From the NCBI GenBank assembly GCA_951406725.2, contig OX597814.1:96534001-96598000 (forward strand): a stretch of DNA of 64,000 bases, given 5' to 3'. Of the stretch, positions 25,241 through 39,414 are shown in pieces. This stretch comes from Octopus vulgaris (Eukaryota). How positions within the stretch are numbered: the stretch's first letter is position 1; each line of letters opens with the position of its first letter. The notes beneath the pieces were generated by a model that was not told the DNA's origin, did no database searches, and saw only the letters and a program-made list of their open reading frames with translations. The position numbers were made by a program, and so were the translations under genes.

Positions 25241-25668
25241 TATCGCATAGCAACGTTCGACCATTTGTTACATAGGTAGGTACGTCTTTTTGAGGAAACA
25301 GAGGTGGAACACCATCAGGATTCTTTCCTGCAACTGTGTTAAGTTCTTCAGCCGTAGCCGGACTAGGTTCTTTCTAATTTGCTATTTTTAAACATCAGTC
25401 TCACTGTGAATATAGATGAATTTGGACGTCCTTTTGCCTTGGCACAGTGGTAAGTAGTCTCTCCACCTGTGTTAGTCACACTGTAGTTTCTTTATGTCTC
25501 ACTGTTCTCCCCAAAAGTTCCCCTAAAGCTCTCCCCAAAACACTTTACTTTGTTCGGCATCAGGAATCACTTCTCTATGTTGTTCGACCTCTATTTCCTC
25601 AAAAAGACGCCTTCTGTTTGATTGAATCAATCTTTTCTGTTCAAAATCTTTGTATCTAGCGCCATATC

Positions 25669-25671
<3 letters not shown>

Positions 25672-25741
<70 letters not shown>

Positions 25742-25760
25742 GTTGTTATTATTATTATTA

Positions 25761-25824
<64 letters not shown>

Positions 25825-25840
25825 CGTTATTTTTATTTTT
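25672..25840. repeat. (TTA)n microsatellite at the 3' end of the family C LINE
   Basis: Read directly. Confidence 0.95.
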
Positions 25841-25844
25841 ATTG

Positions 25845-27260
25845 CCTTTGCACAGATTCTAACGCTGGAGATGTACTACGGTGCCTGCTGTTCACTACTA
25901 GTGAACTTAGGTAACACCCCTTATTTATCGAGCACTTTCCGGAGTATTCGACCTGTTCAAAGCAGTGCTGTTTTCTGTAAGTGCTCCACCCTTATTGCAG
26001 CCCCTATTTGTTCCATGTACTTCTCGAGATTTTTACTCACTGTTCCCAGAGGTCCGACAATTATTGGTACCACTACCACATTTTTCATTGACCACAACTG
26101 CTTTATTATGCTAACCTGTCATACCTATCGACTTTTCTTTCTTCCTTATCACATACCTTGTTGTCGGCTGGGCATGCTATATCTATGATCCAGCGTAGTT
26201 TGCTTTCTTTCTCAATTAAGACTATGTCTGGCTTCCTACTTTCTATCTCATGGTCGCACTGAATCATAAAATCCCACAGGATCTTTGTATTATCATTTTC
26301 AATGATGCCTTCGGGTTTGTGGTCATACCAATTTTTTCTCTGCCAAGTCCATACTTGTTGCAAAGCGTCCAATGAACAAGCCTTGCTATATTGCCGTGGT
26401 GTTTCTTATATTGCTTCTGGGCTTGTGGCGTTCATTGGCTGGTAATATGCCATATGGTTTCAACATTTTGTCCACAGATTCTGCACTTATCACTTTCTGA
26501 TGTGTTGTCTACTCTGTATTTTATATAGTTTGTTCTTAGTGCTTGCTCTTAGGCAGCACAGATTAGAGCCTTCGTTTCCGATTTTAAATCACTTTTAGTC
26601 ATCCACAGCCATCTTTTTTCTCTGTTTGTCTTCAACATCCCTATGAAATTGTCCATGCATTCTTTTCTTTACCCATCTATTTTCAGTTTCATTCATTCTT
26701 AAGTGCTTGTACAGTGCTTTATCTTTGCAATCTTTCACCCTACACAAGCCTGACCTTCTTACTTCTAATAATAGCGGTTCTGTGCATTTTTGACATACCA
26801 CGCTATGTTGTTTTCTTCTGCTCTAATGCTGTATTTGCATCCAAAAAGTCCTCTTCCCTCTCATTTTCTTGGTACATATAGTCTATCTGTGTCACTTTTT
26901 GGGTGGAGTGTCCCATATGTAGTTAGCAACTTCCATGTTTTTCAGTCTAGCTGTTTAGTTCGTCTACTGCCCACACGATTACCCCTGCTCCATATCTAAG
27001 GATTCAAACCGCCCAGATATTGATAGCTTTAATCTTATTCCGTTCGTTTAATTTCGACTTAAGGATCAGTCTCAGTCTGCGCAAGTACTCTATCTTAAAT
27101 TTTTCCTTCATTTCTTTCTCCATCAATTTATTAATTTCCAAAATCCCCTAGTAATTATAACCCGTCTCTTCTATCCGCTTCATAACCTCCCCTCCATACA
27201 TTTGATTTTGCCTCTCTTCAAGACTATCACACCACACTTTCTCAGTCCGAACACCATTCT
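25845..27260 (-). mobile_element. R4/Dong family C, 5'-truncated and decayed
   Basis: HPKSDTDRLY, MHGQF, CRICG, WYDHKPEGIIENDNTKILWDFMIQCDHEIESRKPDIV; 3' end abuts (TAA)n. Confidence 0.88.
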
Positions 27261-27548
27261 GAGCTTTTTCCAGATGGGTCCATCGAACGGCATTCGATGT
27301 ACCCAACTAGAAAAGGCTCAGCTTGGCAACGAAGCCACAATTCGCTTTTTTGACGGACCATGATATGCACATCTTTCTCGAATCCCGAAATGTGTGTAGC
27401 TTTTCAGTAGCACCTCAGTCGACGGTTCGGGACGAGTGTGTGTGTGTGTGTGTGTATTTCGTGAACCATCTTCCCAATGGTGAATTCTGCTATATAATAA
27501 CTATATAATAGTTACATTCTCTGACGATTTGATAGTAAGTGTTGATTA

Positions 27549-29919
27549 CACTATGTTACAAAATTTTTCAAAAGTTTTGTTTATCCTAATCTTTAAAGTG
27601 TTTATTATGCAAATTTCCGCGCCGATTCCGAAAATGATCTTACTTTTCCTTTACCACCGACCGTTGCTGAGATATATCGGATTACGCTAATTATTAACGA
27701 ATGTAATGTTTAGGGGAAGGAGACCATTTGTACGCAAAAGTTTGGACTAACTAAGGAAAATCGTGTTTTTTTTTTATTATTTTGATTTAATGTAAAAAGG
27801 TAATGAATGACCTGTGATAAGCTACTCCACTTTTCGTGGTACTCAACACTATGCTAATTTCATTTCAGTCTGATAAAACTGACAGACCCCCTTCTTGTGC
27901 AGCAGAGGGACTGTCCATTAAGGTGTATATTGATATGGTTCTGATATCTTTTTCTCTTTCAGTTCTGTATTGTGAACATTGCTCTAAATTTTCTTGACTA
28001 AATTATTTCTGCTATGTGTGCGGATACTATGTTGGAACAAAGCGTGTATCGCATAAAATCGTGAAAGGTGCCAAATACTGGATCCCTAAATATGTGGAAG
28101 TTGATGATCAAATTTAGAAGGATGATTAAGAGTCGCAAGAAGAGCCAAGCCTTTTGGTATTCCAAGTGTATAACGAGAACTAAAAACCATCACGATGATT
28201 GCTATTTTTGTATGATTGATGTAATAAAGTACAGAAAGTTAAAGGAAGACAAACACTTCGTTATCCTAGCATACCATCCTCTGTTGTACCTGTGCCACAC
28301 GATGAAAAGTTACAGGTACCACAACGACCAGAAAATGTAAGAACTTTTAAATTTCATATGCTAAATGGAATAATCAAAATTCAAAGGTTAAGAACATTTA
28401 GTTCTGTTTTCTTTTAATGTTATGGTTACCAATAAAACTATTTCTATGGTTCAAGTTATTTTATGCAAACATTTTATCTTGTCAGGTAGAAGATACTATG
28501 GTGGTGTCATCAGGAGAATTTGAAGGTTGCAGCAACCAAGAAATGGATGAAGCGCTCAAGCCAATAATGAGTGCCGCCCACAATTTCCAAATCAACGCGA
28601 ACTTGATGATCCCATCAAGGACTTAGGCCTCTTCATGTCAGGAGTTGAACTTTTAGCATCCAGGTTGGAAAAGGACTGCAAATCAACAGTGTACCGGAAA
28701 CGACGGAATTCCAAGTATACTTCGATATTTGTGAAGATCTCTGTTTCTGCAAAAATATAATAAATGGCTAGTTTGAAACTATTGGAATTGATCTTTACCC
28801 ATAAGAATAGTGACTTTTCATAGACAGCTCAGCAAGAAATCTGTGGAACTTAATATCCATCTCTACCTATCGCATACTATGTGCAGATGAAGGAAGAATA
28901 TAAACTGTCAAAAAGCTTCCTCTGAAAGTAAACTATGCGGACTATAAGTGCGATGTTTGCGTTGATTTTAAGATGCCTGCCTTCTTGCTTGGATTGCAGG
29001 GTGGATGCACAAAATAGTCGTGCTTTTTTGCCTATGGGACCGCAGAGCTGAACATGAACATTACCGGAAGTTTTAATGACATTCACAAAATGACATGCAG
29101 CCGGGAAAGCAAAATGTTATAAGACAACCCATTGTAGAGCCTGTTAAGGCTTTGTTATATCCACTTCACATAAAACTTAGTTTGTGAAACAGTTTGTGAA
29201 GGCTTTGGATCATGGTGAAGAAGCCCTCAAAGAAATTCGCTTACTCTTTCCAAAGGTGTCTGGGACAAAGGTTAAGAGTGACATTTTTACTGAACCGCAA
29301 ATAAGGGCAATGTCAAGGAAACTTGAAAAGGCAATGAATGATGTCGAAAGAGAGGCATGGTGCGCATATTGTGGCATAGTTCATGGTCTCCGAGGTAACG
29401 ACAAAGATCCCAACTACAAGCAACTGGTGGCAAAGCTTATTGAAAATTTAATGATCTTAGGCATTCACATTTAGACTTCATTCTTGAAAACTTAGGTGAG
29501 GTCAGTGAGGAGCATGGTCAGAGATTCCATCAGGACATTACTACAATGAAGAAGAGATACCAAAGAAGATGGGACACTGCCACGATGGAAGACTATATAC
29601 GGTCACTTGCCCGTAAATATAAAAGAGATTACTGTAGGAAAACACGATCTTTAATGCATTTCTAGTGTAATCTCATCATATGCCGACTTACACTTTTTGT
29701 TTAGCTTAAAGTGAGATGCAAAAAAAATGATTACAAAAATATTACTTGATTGATCTTATTGCACAATGTGAAGAAGGTCAACATAAAACCATAATTATCT
29801 CTTGAAATGTTGATGGTAGGCAAAAATCTAAGGGTATTTTGGAAATCAGAAGACAAAAAAGAAAAAAAGCGAAGAAACATTGAAAACGTTTAGAAAAATA
29901 AAGTTGGTGTTACTCAGTA
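27549..29919 (+). mobile_element. Chapaev3-like (CMC) DNA transposon, full-length and decayed
   Basis: TTA|CACTATGTTACA...TGTTACTCAGTA|TTA termini; FCYVCG, KNHHDDCYFCM, LFIDSS, PLHIKLSFVKQFVKAL, SEEHGQRFHQDI..KRYQ motifs with frameshifts. Confidence 0.8.
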
Positions 29920-30099
29920 TTATGTATTATCCATTGTATAATCAATAATCACATTATTTTAAAGATACGTATGATGGTGTAACAGTATGTCACTTGTACA
30001 ATCTCTCAGATTCGGTCTCGTTTAATATACATATATAAATGTATGTGGACACACACACACAACACACACGAACATATACATACATACACACAGACACAC

Positions 30100-30165
<66 letters not shown>

Positions 30166-30169
<4 letters not shown>

Positions 30170-30835
30170 GTGGTATGATCAATAAGTATCCGGGCTGTTA
30201 CTATAGTAATGAAGCTAAAGCACAGAGAGTGAAACCGCTTGGCTCAGATTGACCTTAAACACTGATGTGCAAGAGCACTAAGTTTTAAGTTTCTGGCTCA
30301 CTTCCGCTGTTTACAGCAGTGCTTGGAAGGAAGGTGTGTAGCGTGTGATCGTCGCATTGACCACGACATAGAAAGTTGATCAGAGAATCTGTATAAAAAG
30401 TTTGGCGATACCTGTTCAGAGACCTACGCAGAGATTTCAAAAAGTTTTCTTCGTTCTCAACACAAGATCTTGTGCAACTGAAACCCGAGTGTCTTTTTGG
30501 TCAGCTGAAAGCGGTTTTGGCACAAACTTGGCAGACACGCATCTTCTGTGATAATGGACTGAACCGAAATCTTCTGTGATAATGGACTGAACCGAACCAT
30601 AACTAATCTGCACGTCTTTTCACAACTCACGGATTCGACGATTTCCTCTTATAGTTGCACGCAGATCTGCGATGTTTTTCTCAGTTCTGAAAGTTGCACA
30701 TCTCCGAGAACGTTCGTCAATGTCGACATTTTTTCGGCTTGGAAACGCCTGAACCTCTCGTACACTTGTGTGCGGCTCATACACTCCTCTCCATACACTT
30801 TCTACAACTTAACGTAGGCCTCTGAGCAGGTGTCT
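30166..30835. mobile_element. Rearranged mariner 5' region (direct plus inverted segment)
   Basis: TIR-like start and EKVDQRIC on the plus strand; HTH region (VYGEECMSRTQVYERF) on the minus strand. Confidence 0.6.
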
Positions 30836-31107
30836 GTAATGCATCAAAATTTCATCAAAATATAATGCACATAGGGTTCTCTACTGATTTGAAACAGCAT
30901 TACTTGGTGCATGTTAACTCATTTTTGCTGGTAAATTATACCCACCATCCATACACTTTCTACAACTTAACGTAGGCCTCTGAGCAGGTGTCTGTAATGC
31001 ATCAAAATTTCATCAAAATATAATGCACATAGGGTTCTCTACTGATTTGAAACAGCATTACTTGGTGCATGTTAACTCATTTTTGCTGGTAAATTATACC
31101 CACCATC
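30790..31107. repeat. Perfect 158-bp tandem duplication
   Basis: CCATACACTTTCTACAAC... at 30791 and 30949; identical by eye. Confidence 0.9.
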
Positions 31108-31676
31108 TAAAGGTGATTAATATATATTCTAGCATCTCTTGATTTATCATTTAGACTGGAAGAATTGCATCCAATTTGTATAGCAGAGAATTCCTTGAGA
31201 TATTATGCAATATTACTTTTCCTAGATAAATACAATGATATAATGACGTTCTGCCGGCTTAAATTTTAAAAAAAATCCTTGTATGATAGATTTGACTGCT
31301 CAAATCGGATTAGATAATTAAAAGCCTCTATTCTGATCTCACCTTTCCATTCTCGCTTTTACTATTTCCATTATGCTTGTGTGCCTGTAACTACATTAGA
31401 TAGAATTACGACCAACCTTAATTTGAATGGAACTTCTAAATCTTTCATACTTTGCTTTCAAGTACGTTCTTGTTATCTTATAGTCCGTACTAATATATTT
31501 ATATTTATATTTATATTTTTCTATGAAAGAATAATTAAAAATGCGTATGTGTCCCAAGTTTTGAACATTTTCAGTTTCCGTGTGAGTGGTGACCAGTTGG
31601 TGTCTGCACACTGTTTTTATGTCATTTTTCATGACAAGTTCATTCTGTGACTGGCATGAGAGAAAATGATCCTGTA

Positions 31677-31829
31677 GAAGAAGAAGAAGAAGAAGAAGAA
31701 GAAGAAGAAGAAGAAGAAGAAGAAGAAGAAGAAGAAGAAGAAGAAGAAGAAGAAGAAGAAGAAGAAGAAGAAGAAGAAGAAGAAGAAGAAGAAGAAGAAG
31801 AAGAAGAAGAAGAAGAAGAAGAAGAAGAA
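31677..31829. repeat. (GAA)n microsatellite, about 50 units
   Basis: Read directly. Confidence 0.97.
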
Positions 31830-31903
31830 ACAACATCAACGCAGAAATAATTCTTGACTGCACTAAAAGATATGTGGACATTAATAAAACATAAAAGAGT
31901 ATA

Positions 31904-32137
31904 TATTTCTTTACTACCCACAAGGGGCTAAACACAGAGAGAACAAACAAGGACAGACAAAGGGATTAAGTCGATTATATCGACCCCAGTACGTAACTGG
32001 TACTTATTTAATCGACCCCGAAAGGATGAAGAGCAAAGTCGACCTCGGCGGAATTTGGACTCAGAACGCAGCGGCGGACGAAATACCACAAAGCATTTCG
32101 CCCGGCGTGCTAACGATTCTGCCAGCTAGTCGCCCTT
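31904..32137 (-). mobile_element. SINE family A, full length, with probable TSD
   Basis: Head AAGGGCGACTAGCTGGCAGAATCG, tail ..GTAGTAAAGAAATA; AAACATAAAAGAGTATA on both flanks. Confidence 0.9.
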
Positions 32138-33174
32138 AAACATAAAAGAGTATAAAAAGTACACACAATACATGACCAACGCAAAATCGAGCAACAACTT
32201 ATGAGCAAAAGTAACTGCGGTTATGCAATGTGCTTGATGATAATATAAAAGTACGTTGTGGATTCTAGATTCTAAAGGCTTGATATAGCAGCAAAACATT
32301 GCCTGTTAATGAAACGGTGAAACAGAAACGCATCAGTAACAGTTGATATAGGAATGTGATGACACTACAAAGTTTTTGAAGAGTGCTGCATTATTTTGGC
32401 TATCATTCATCAATCATAATTTGTAATCACTTTTTTAGTATTTTAAAAAATGATATTAAAGATAGTAAGACTAGGCCAGTAATAAGAATCCTCTGAAGAA
32501 CATGCTCTTCTACTATGAAGAATTTTCTTAGTCAACTCTTTGAAATTTTAATTGGTGATTTTAGAAATAGCAGACCTTGCTTGTTACTAGATGAAACCAA
32601 TGATACTTAAGTTAAAATAATCTTTGATAAATTGCCATTATTTATTGCAACAAGAAGTATAAAAAAGTTATTCATACTTTTCTTAGCTTAGTTATTTCAG
32701 ATGATGATGCAAATAATATTGCGAAGGATTGCGATAAAGAACATGTGAACTCAAAATTAAATATAAAAAAGTGATTGCTATTGGTACAGACAATGCTCAT
32801 GTTATATTTGGAGTTACTATATTGGCGAGTATGAAAAGTTGAAGACAAAAATATCATGCTTAATTCTAATCAGGTATGTTTGCCATTCATTTTGACAATA
32901 TATCATGCTTCCACAGAATTTCCTCCAAGAAACTTTGAATTTTATGGCAGCTGAGGCCTCTGAGTGGTAGACAAGCAGCTACAAGTAGCTGTATGAGGCT
33001 ATCAGTGAAAATGAAACTACTGAAAATTTTGAACAATTGTGCAATCAGGTGACTCTCAAATGGAGCTGCTGTAAGTATAACTGCAAACGTGTGGTTAGAG
33101 TTACAATCTTACTTTGGAATTGTGAGTTCAAGAGAAAATGCTACACAGCTCAAACTCTGCACAATATGTACACA

Positions 33175-33342
33175 GCAGGAGTGGCTGTGTGGTAAGTAGC
33201 TTGCTAACCAACCACATGGTTCCGGGTTCAGTCCCACTGCGTGGCATCTTGGGCAAGTGTCTTCTGCTATAGCCCCGGGCCGACCAATGCCTTGTGAGTG
33301 GATTTGGTAGACGGAAACTGAAAGAAGCCTGTCGTATATATG

Positions 33343-33394
<52 letters not shown>

Positions 33395-33595
33395 TCCCCC
33401 TAGCATTGCTTGACAACCGATGCTGGTGTGTTTACATCCCCGTAACTTAGCGGTTCGGCAAAAGAGACCGATTGAATAGGTACTGGGCTTACAAAGAATA
33501 AGTCCCGGGGTCGATTTGCTCGACTAAAGGCGGTGCTCCAGCATGGCCGCAGTCAAATGACTGAAACAAGTAAAAGAGTAAAAGAGTAAAGAGTA
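33175..33595 (+). mobile_element. SINE family B, full length
   Basis: Same organisation as 18318-18730. Confidence 0.9.
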
Positions 33596-34959
33596 ATCGA
33601 TAACAATTCGTTGCGTGTTTTTTTGTATTCCTCAGTGGTTAAAGATCAACATGTAAATAAAGTGTTTCACACTAAGCGTGAAAACGAATCCAGACTCGCA
33701 GATCTTTCTTGCTTGATTAAATCTGTTGCCCAAATTTAATACTGCCAACCGACCAATTGGACACTTTACAATCGATACAGAATGATATTTAGATTCTAAA
33801 CCAAATTTAGGTTTCTAATTTGAAAGCAAAGTTACAGAAAGAATAATTGGGAAGAAAATAATTCAGAATGATGAAATTAATTTTATTGATAGATAGAAAC
33901 ATATCCTTCTTTGTCTATCTGAATATCTTAAGCAAAAATAGCATGAAGATATAAAAGGTTTGGAAACATATTGTGATTTCCTGTTAAAAAAAAACATGCA
34001 TAGAAATCTCTTTGTAGGCCGCAAAAACGAAGGCAGCCCCCCCGTGTTCATATATTTTTTATCAATACCTGGTTGGTGGAAACAATATCGAGGGAAGGAT
34101 TTAGAATATATTATATGCTTATTTCAATATGTAGCTTGCTTGTATTTTCATCTTTTTTCTTTGTACTTGCTGTATTTATAAATCATTACATTAGAGCTCT
34201 AAATCTGATTTTATTCACTTTATTATGCAGTCTTGCTTATCGCTTTATGAACTTGGTTTTTGAAGGTGATTCTCACTATAGCCACAGTTCAGCGACTAAA
34301 ATCAATTAAAGCAATGAGTACAAATATAGACATACTCATGCAAATATACACATATATACACATGCTCATACACACACACCTACACAGTTTTCTATTGCGT
34401 TATCCGCGAATATACTCAAGTAATTTAGACTAGCAACAGAAATTTAGATTAGCAAGGTAATGAATATTACACACTTCTTCTGCATTGAGTACTTTTCCTC
34501 TTAATCTCAAAATAAAACCTACATGTATGTATGAGTTCAGACTGAAGACTGAAAATTTCAAAGTCATTGTCACCACTTTTGTTGCATAAATATAATACGC
34601 ATTGTACAAAAAGTTTAATGCTAAATTGTTTTTGTTATAACTTGACATAAAATTAAACATCAATATATGTATGACTTACGACGATGATTACACTTCATTA
34701 TATAAGAGACTGACACCACCCCTTCATTCACCATCCCCAATTTCGAATAGTCATAATATCAAAAACAAAACAGAAAGTCATCAAAATGACGAAAGCAGTA
34801 ACTGAACCAGGTGTTTTAAGGTTACCAGGAGTTTTAAGACTCAATTAAAAGGTTTAATTAGTGCTTAATTGAACGAGTTCAATTACTGGCAAATTGTTAA
34901 TATCCCGTTAATATCCCGATTTTGTGGAAGAAATCAGCAGCGCAGAGTGCGAGAACACT

Positions 34960-36330
34960 TGAGGTCTCGACGGTGACCGGCACAAACTAATAGTGGCCAA
35001 TCATGTACCTGTATGTGTTTATCTTCTGCTTTGCTTTACGGGTGACGATATCTGGGTTTGTGGACGATGCAGCAACGTTGGAGCCTGAGAATGTGTCGTA
35101 GCACGTCACGTTCCAAATTAGGGATTTGCCTCCCTCGTATGGGAAGAGGGTATTCCGTCGGGGCGCTTCAACACCTGGCTCCAGTTGTGACGGGACGCCA
35201 GCCGCATCAAGACCTCTTCTAATTATGTCGTTCAGAGCGGCGAGTCGGGGGAACCAGTCCGCGCTAAGGCTGCACGATAATAGATGCAAGCCGAATTCAT
35301 TGGCTACTGTTCCATAACGGATACCGAGGAGTTGAACTACTCCGATACGAGTGCACTCATCATTAAAAAGGGTACTGGTCGACGAGGAGGATACCGACTT
35401 TAGCCACGCGCCACTGTTTAGCTGCAAAGCGTAACGGAAGCAGGCGAGGTGGAGTTGATCTAAGGATATCACAATCCACCCGAAGACAGATTTGCATTTT
35501 ATGTAGTCTCAGTTCCGTTCGATATCTGTATTCGGTCGAGTGGTGAGACGTTCAACGGTCTCATCAGCCAGAGTTGACTGTAGTTCCTGCGTTACATCGG
35601 GTTCAGCCATCCAGCAGAGCATCTTGCGAATGAGGGTGCGGCCGGAGGAGACTGAGAAAAAATAGATCGGTAAAGCCAGCTCCAATGTGAACGGAAGCCA
35701 AGGCCACCGAATTTGACAGGTAGTTTAGCTTGTTGCCACCTGGAGCTGTCAAAACTAACGTTGCAGAATAATTCAGCACAGCACCAAATGGTATCATCGA
35801 TATCACTGAGACGATCTAGGAGAGGGTGACATGGTGCACTGCATAGCGAGAAAAGGAACTTAGAGTAAAACAATTCCTCAATAGGAAGAGCGCCGGATAT
35901 ACATGAATAAAGTATAATCACTCAGTCATCCTAGATAAGCCCGCAAGTTTGATCTTCAGGCACTCTTTTATAGCCTTCGAGAGGATTGGGGAGGCAAGAA
36001 TGCAGAAAGCGTCCCTTGGTGTCAACCAAGCACCTGCCAAAATGGACTGGATGCCAAGATGGACGACGCCCTGGCATTCAACTTCACCATAGCTCACGTT
36101 TATCATCTCTGACTTTAATGTATTGATCTAAAGCCCAAGAAGCTTTAGGGCTACTGAAGGTCCCCAGCTACAGACACAGCCGAGTCACCAAGGGTTACAT
36201 CATCCAGCTGTCACACATTTAAGGGTGAGCGAACTCATCAGCCTACATCATCGACAACCAATACAAAAAGGGGCGTACAAAGAGGGTCACGCTGCTAGAC
36301 ACCTATGGATGAAACAATCCTGTTATCAGT
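34960..36330 (-). mobile_element. CRE-clade (RLE) non-LTR retrotransposon fragment
   Basis: V*QRDPL (GVQQGDPL), LDDVTLG, QAKLPVKFGGLG, SGAWL, GLHLLSC, ALNDIIRRGL..PSQLEP, GKSLIWNVTCYDTF. Confidence 0.8.
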
Positions 36331-36430
36331 AGCCATGTGGGTACTGAGTGTTCTCTGCCCGGGTATGCGATCTCCTCAGTATAGTAGGAAACTTTCTTGC
36401 GAGTAACACACCCAAACTGCTGTGATCACA

Positions 36431-37727
36431 CGATGGATTCAAAGATTATACGCACTCTTGTTTTTTCAATGAATTTACAGAAAAGTAAGAGATAAACAAG
36501 TACGTTATTTTTCTATATAGTCTCCTTCCTTTTCGATGCTCTTGGTTCAGCTGTCTGCAAGCTTGCCTGCTTCCTCCAAGAAGATTCTCAGTTGGTCGTG
36601 CAACCATTTATGCACTACTTCCTTCACATGTTCATCCGTAAGAAATCGACGACCTCGTAAATCAAATTTGAGCAATCCAAAGATATGATAGTCGAAAAGG
36701 GCGAGATCTGTGCTGTAGTAGGGTGCTCTAGCACCTCAAAACCCAATTGGTTAATGGTTTCAACGGTCTGAGCGGCCGTGCGTGGGTGTGCATTGCTATG
36801 CAACAACTAAATTTTCATCAACAATAAGCTTCGGCGTTTAGTGTGAATTACTGGCTTCAGTTTGTTGGTCAGCAAAGCTCTGTATCTTGCACTGTTAATC
36901 GTACAGCCTTTTCCAGGTAGTCTTCCAGTATAGACCCATTTGAGTCTCAGTTATGGGTTAGCATCACCTTTCCCGGGAAAAACTGAGTCTTGAATTTCTT
37001 CGTCGCTGGCGATCCAGGATGTTTCCACTCCATATTCTTTCCTTTGGATTCTTCCTCATAATGATGGACCCACGTTTCATCACCTGTAAATATTCTGCTC
37101 AAAAATTCCTCGCCCTCATTATTGTAGCGATCGAGTAAACGTTGGCAGACCCCAAAATGTTTGCGCTTGTGCTCCGCAGCAAGCTATCTTGGCACCTATC
37201 TTTATGGAAGCCGAACACATCGTGGGTGATTTGATAGGCAGAGCAATGACTAATCTGCAGAGAACGAGCTACCTCATCGATGGATGATAACTCGTCGGTT
37301 CACCATTACCAATTCTTGACCTTGTTGAATCTTCTCGTCATTGGTGGAGGTAACGGGCATTCTGCTCCCTCTTCGTGCGTCACGCTTGTCCGGCCACTTT
37401 TAAACTTCTCGATCCACTCATACACACTTCTACGCGGTAGTGCACTGTGCCTGTATTGTGCTAAAAGCCTCCGATGAATTTCTGCATCTGACTCACCTTC
37501 CGACCAGAGAAATTGGATCACTGCTCTTTTTTCTTCTTTGGTGCACATTGCTATTGGAGCGGCCATACTTACGCGGTAAGGCCAGAGAGAAAAATAGCGC
37601 GATCAGGCTCTAACTTCGATCATGTGACCACAATAGTACCAGCGATAAGCACGCATACGCAGAAGGCAATGTGACAGTAATAACGGTATGTTATGGCGAA
37701 AGTGCTGATAATTTTTGACTTCCTCTC

Positions 37728-37728
<1 letters not shown>
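36431..37728 (-). mobile_element. mariner (DD34D) element, full-length and decayed
   Basis: CTKEEKRAVIQFLWSEG..VYEWIEKFKSGRTS, FTGDETWVHHY, LHSNAHPRTA, VLEHP; imperfect TIRs TCAAA(G/A)ATTAT..GCACT. Confidence 0.88.
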
Positions 37729-37787
<59 letters not shown>

Positions 37788-37864
37788 TTGTGTGTGTTAG
37801 TGTATATGGGAATGATTGTGTGGGTTTGTGAATCTATATGCATGTATTTATGTATGTATGTATG

Positions 37865-37930
<66 letters not shown>

Positions 37931-38419
37931 AACATATATGTGTGTGTGTGTGTGTGCGCGCGCGCTTGTGCTTGTGCTTGTGATACTTATGTATCGTTGC
38001 GTGTGTCTGTGCGTTGCTCAGTGGTTGCCTTAATTTTAGAATTAAAAGTCTTTATATTTGGGCGATAAATCTATACACGCATTTGCGCATACGCACACTC
38101 ACACACCAAACACACACACACACATATTTACTGTCAAGACATTTGTAAATAGAAACTTGATTACATGCGAAATTAATTTCATCGAACAAACATCCTTCCA
38201 TGAGAACGTGTAATGCCACGTGACTTTTCTTTCGTTACATATCAAAGTTTGAGGCATGCAAAATTTGTAATTCATACCGTATGACTGGAAATTATTGCAT
38301 TTGTAGATATGGAAAGAAAAATTCAAGCTTGAATTTTAAGTATTTACAACCATGAGGGAACAGAAAATATAATTTATTTGTCCATTTTTTCTAAGTGTTA
38401 GAAAATTCAGCTTATGCAT

Positions 38420-38940
<521 letters not shown>

Positions 38941-39414
38941 AGAAAGAAAAATGAATAAAAATTTATTTAAAACAAAATTCACCAAGCTTTCTGTCCCCCT
39001 ATAGTGAAGAATTATCAAAGTACTGGTTAGGTACTAGATCGACAGGTTTCGTCGCCGGACAAAATACTTTGTTCACGGTCTTTTATGGTCTACGTTCAAA
39101 TGTACCGATATCAATTTAATCTTCAATGCTTCCTGGATCGATAGACAAAGTAGCAAGCATTATTAGGCTTACGTGTGAATATTTAACAGGGACGGAAAAT
39201 ATGTTTTACGGTAATTATTCACGGCCCTTTACGTTCTGAGTTCACATCTTGTCGACGTCAGTTTTACCTTTCATGCTTCCGTGGTCAACAAAATAATGTT
39301 CCAGTTAAATACTGAAGTTGATTTTTATTCTTATAATGCAGTGGTTCCCAAACTTCTTTTCTTTTATTTGTTACTTTTAGACCCCCGTTGATTCCCGTTT
39401 CACTTGTGTGAAAA

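Larger units (their letters stand above)
31560..34000 (+). mobile_element. hAT-like transposase relic interrupted by (GAA)n and two SINEs
   Basis: LLLDETND, IGTDNA, VCHS, CAIR*LS (TRWLS-like) motifs in the expected order. Confidence 0.6.
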
